A stretch of DNA of 51,789 nucleotides from Anaerotignum sp. (GTDB lineage: Bacteria; Bacillota; Clostridia; Lachnospirales; Anaerotignaceae). The notes below the pieces were generated by a model, which worked only from the letters and a program-made list of their open reading frames with translations, had not been told where the DNA came from and did not search any database. Numbering within the stretch: position 1 is the stretch's first letter; every line of letters starts with the position of its first letter. The stretch lies in assembly GCA_045122575.1 (NCBI GenBank), contig JBGVHV010000106.1; one strand, given 5' to 3'. A program made the position numbers and the translations under genes. Below, piece after piece: positions 49,650 to 51,789 of this stretch.

Positions 49650-49693
49650 AATTTTAAGGGGAAACCCTCAAATAAAGAGAGGAGAAAGAAAAA

Positions 49694-50713
49694 ATGAAGG
49701 ATAAGTTGAAACTGATCCAGGAAAAGGCACTGGCAGCATTCCAGGAAGCCAAGGAAATCAAAGACATTGACGAACTGAAAGTAAAATTCCTCGGCAAAAA
49801 AGGGGAACTGACAGCCATTCTGAAAGAAATGGGCAAACTGTCTGCAGAAGAAAGACCTGTCATCGGTCAGCTGGCAAATGAAGTAAGAGCAGAGATCGAA
49901 AAAATGCTGGAAGAAAGCAAAAAACGTCTGGAAGCAGCAGAAATGGCGATCCGTCTGGAAAAAGAAAAAATCGACGTAACTATGCCCGGTAAGGAAAGAC
50001 CCGAAGGTCACAAACATCCCATGAGCATCGTTATCGATGAAATCAGCGAAATTTTCCGCGGCATGGGTTATGAAGTAGCAGACGGCCCTGAAGTGGAAAA
50101 AGACTACTATAACTTCGAAGCACTGAATATCCCTGCAAATCATCCCGCGAAGGATGAACAGGATACATTCTACATCAACGGCGATATCCTGCTGAGAACA
50201 CAGACATCCCCTGTACAGGTTCGTACTATGGAAAAAGGCAAACTGCCTATTCGTATGGTATGTCCCGGTGCAGTTTACCGTTCCGACGAAGTAGACGCAA
50301 CACACTCTCCCGTATTCCACCAGATGGAAGGTATGGTAATCGATAAGAACGTTACTATGGGTGACCTGAAAGGTGCGCTGGAAGTATTCGCGAAGGAACT
50401 GTTCGGCGAAAATACAAAAGTACGTTTCCGTCCTCATCACTTCCCCTTCACAGAACCTTCTGCTGAAATGGACGTAACATGCTTCGCTTGCGGCGGGGAA
50501 GGCTGCCGTGTATGCAAAGGCGAAGGCTATATCGAGCTGCTGGGCTGCGGCATGGTGCATCCCAAAGTTCTGAAAATGAGCGGCATTGATCCCGAAGAAT
50601 ACAGCGGTTTCGCTTTCGGTATGGGTCTGGAACGTGTAGCAATGCAGAGATACGGCATCACTGACCTGCGTCTGCTGTTCGAAAACGATGTAAAATTCCT
50701 GAAACAGTTCTGA
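49694..50713 (+). CDS. pheS: Phenylalanyl-tRNA synthetase alpha subunit
   Basis: LGKKGELT, YNFEALN, HPAKDEQDTFY, LRTQTSPVQ, FPFTEPSAE, FAFGMGLER. Confidence 0.99.
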   Translation: MKDKLKLIQEKALAAFQEAKEIKDIDELKVKFLGKKGELTAILKEMGKLSAEERPVIGQLANEVRAEIEKMLEESKKRLEAAEMAIRLEKEKIDVTMPGKERPEGHKHPMSIVIDEISEIFRGMGYEVADGPEVEKDYYNFEALNIPANHPAKDEQDTFYINGDILLRTQTSPVQVRTMEKGKLPIRMVCPGAVYRSDEVDATHSPVFHQMEGMVIDKNVTMGDLKGALEVFAKELFGENTKVRFRPHHFPFTEPSAEMDVTCFACGGEGCRVCKGEGYIELLGCGMVHPKVLKMSGIDPEEYSGFAFGMGLERVAMQRYGITDLRLLFENDVKFLKQF

Positions 50714-50749
50714 TAAATTAAAATTCAAATCGAAGGGAGAGTTAAATTC

Positions 50750-51789
50750 ATGGACGTACCTATGTCTTGGATGAAAGAATATGCACCTGTAACAGCGGAT
50801 ATCAAAGATTTCGTGGAAGATATCACACTGACAGGTTCCAAAGTAGAAGGCTATGTAACTGTAGCCGGTGAAATCAAAAATGTAGTAACAGGTCTGATCA
50901 AAGAGATCGAAAGACACCCCGATGCAGATAAACTGGTGATCTGTAAAATCGACGCAGGTCAGGGCAGAGACCTGACTATCGTAACAGGCGCACCTAATGT
51001 AAAAGTAGGCGACTATGTGCCCGTTGCACTGGATAACTCCGTGATTGCAGGCGGTAAAGAAATCAAAACAGGCGAACTGCGCGGCGTAGTTTCCGAAGGC
51101 ATGCTGTGTTCCGTAGAAGAACTGGGCTGCGATGCTCACGACTTCCCCGAAGCACCTGAATACGGCATCTATATCTTCCCCGAACCCGTTGAACTGGGTA
51201 AAGATATCGTAGAAGTGATGGATCTGAAAGATGAAGTAGTAGAATACGAAATCACATCCAACAGACCCGACTGCTTCTCCATTCTGGGTATCGCAAGAGA
51301 AGCTGCTGCAACTTATGATATTCCCTTCAATTATCCTGAAATCACTGTGAAAGAAGAAGCGGAAGGCAAAGCAGAAGACTTTGTGAAAGTTACAATCGAA
51401 AATCCCGAACTGTGCCCCAGATACGTGGCAAGAGTTGTGAAAAACGTAAAAATCGGTCCTTCTCCCAGATGGATGAGAAAGAGACTGCGTATGGCAGGTG
51501 TTCGCCCTATCAACAACATCGTAGATATTACAAACTATGTAATGATCGAAATGGGTCAGCCCATGCACGCATTCTCCATCGAAACAATCAAAGACAGCCA
51601 CATCATCGTTAGAAACGCAAAAGAAGGCGAAAAAATCACAACACTGGACGGCGTAGAAAGAAATCTGGATCCTTCCATGCTGGTGATTGCAGACCCTGAA
51701 AAAGCAGTTGCCATCGCAGGTGTTATGGGCGGCGAAAATTCCATGATCGTAGAAGGTTCTCAGGCAGTTCTGTTTGAATCTGCAAACTT
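50750..51789 (+). CDS. pheT: Phenylalanyl-tRNA synthetase beta subunit (3'-truncated; absent from the ORF track)
   Basis: Translated by hand from ATG 50750: MDVPMSWMKEY...HPDADKL...IVTGAPNV...LRGVVSEGMLCS...ITSNRPDCFS...RPINNIVDITNYVM. Confidence 0.97.
   Translation, partial: MDVPMSWMKEYAPVTADIKDFVEDITLTGSKVEGYVTVAGEIKNVVTGLIKEIERHPDADKLVICKIDAGQGRDLTIVTGAPNVKVGDYVPVALDNSVIAGGKEIKTGELRGVVSEGMLCSVEELGCDAHDFPEAPEYGIYIFPEPVELGKDIVEVMDLKDEVVEYEITSNRPDCFSILGIAREAAATYDIPFNYPEITVKEEAEGKAEDFVKVTIENPELCPRYVARVVKNVKIGPSPRWMRKRLRMAGVRPINNIVDITNYVMIEMGQPMHAFSIETIKDSHIIVRNAKEGEKITTLDGVERNLDPSMLVIADPEKAVAIAGVMGGENSMIVEGSQAVLFESAN

Noticed and set aside
1..51789. CRISPR arrays, IS elements, prophage, defence systems, recoded or frameshifted genes
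   Set aside because: No periodic repeat-spacer pattern, transposase, integrase or nuclease motifs seen. Identified genes appear full length without in-frame stops.

Overview
Core chromosomal window from an anaerobic, spore-forming, Lachnospirales-type Firmicute. It is most consistent with Anaerotignum: the lcdC-lcdA-lcdB-pct cluster closely resembles the acrylate-pathway proteins of A. (Clostridium) propionicum as I recall them. Contents in order: ffh(partial)-rpsP-khpA-small membrane ORF-rimM-trmD; divergent tetR/degV; a YheO-like regulator; type III glnA; a P-loop ATPase plus a four-subunit Vor-type 2-oxoacid:ferredoxin oxidoreductase operon; zapA-U32-SEDS-bPBP-patatin; lcdCAB-pct; rubrerythrin; DUF4317; tRNA-Thr(CGT); two paralogous EamA exporters; a Pho-box-preceded choice-of-anchor-I protein; T-box proS; a surface protein with an uncharacterised KPVIYLYP...VEWGG domain; nicotinamidase-like and M29 peptidase genes; an SH3-NlpC/P60 hydrolase with a WalR-type box; T-box leuACDB; spoIID-like plus three tiny ORFs plus queA; an NSS transporter; rarA; T-box pheST(partial). 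I saw no prophage, IS, CRISPR or defence genes. Best novelty candidates: a duplicated pair of unknown small proteins coupled to queA, a switch-like leader before an EamA exporter, a multi-hairpin element inside the proS T-box leader, and a structured ~200-nt lcdC leader. All calls come from reading motifs by eye; no database searches or folding programs were run.
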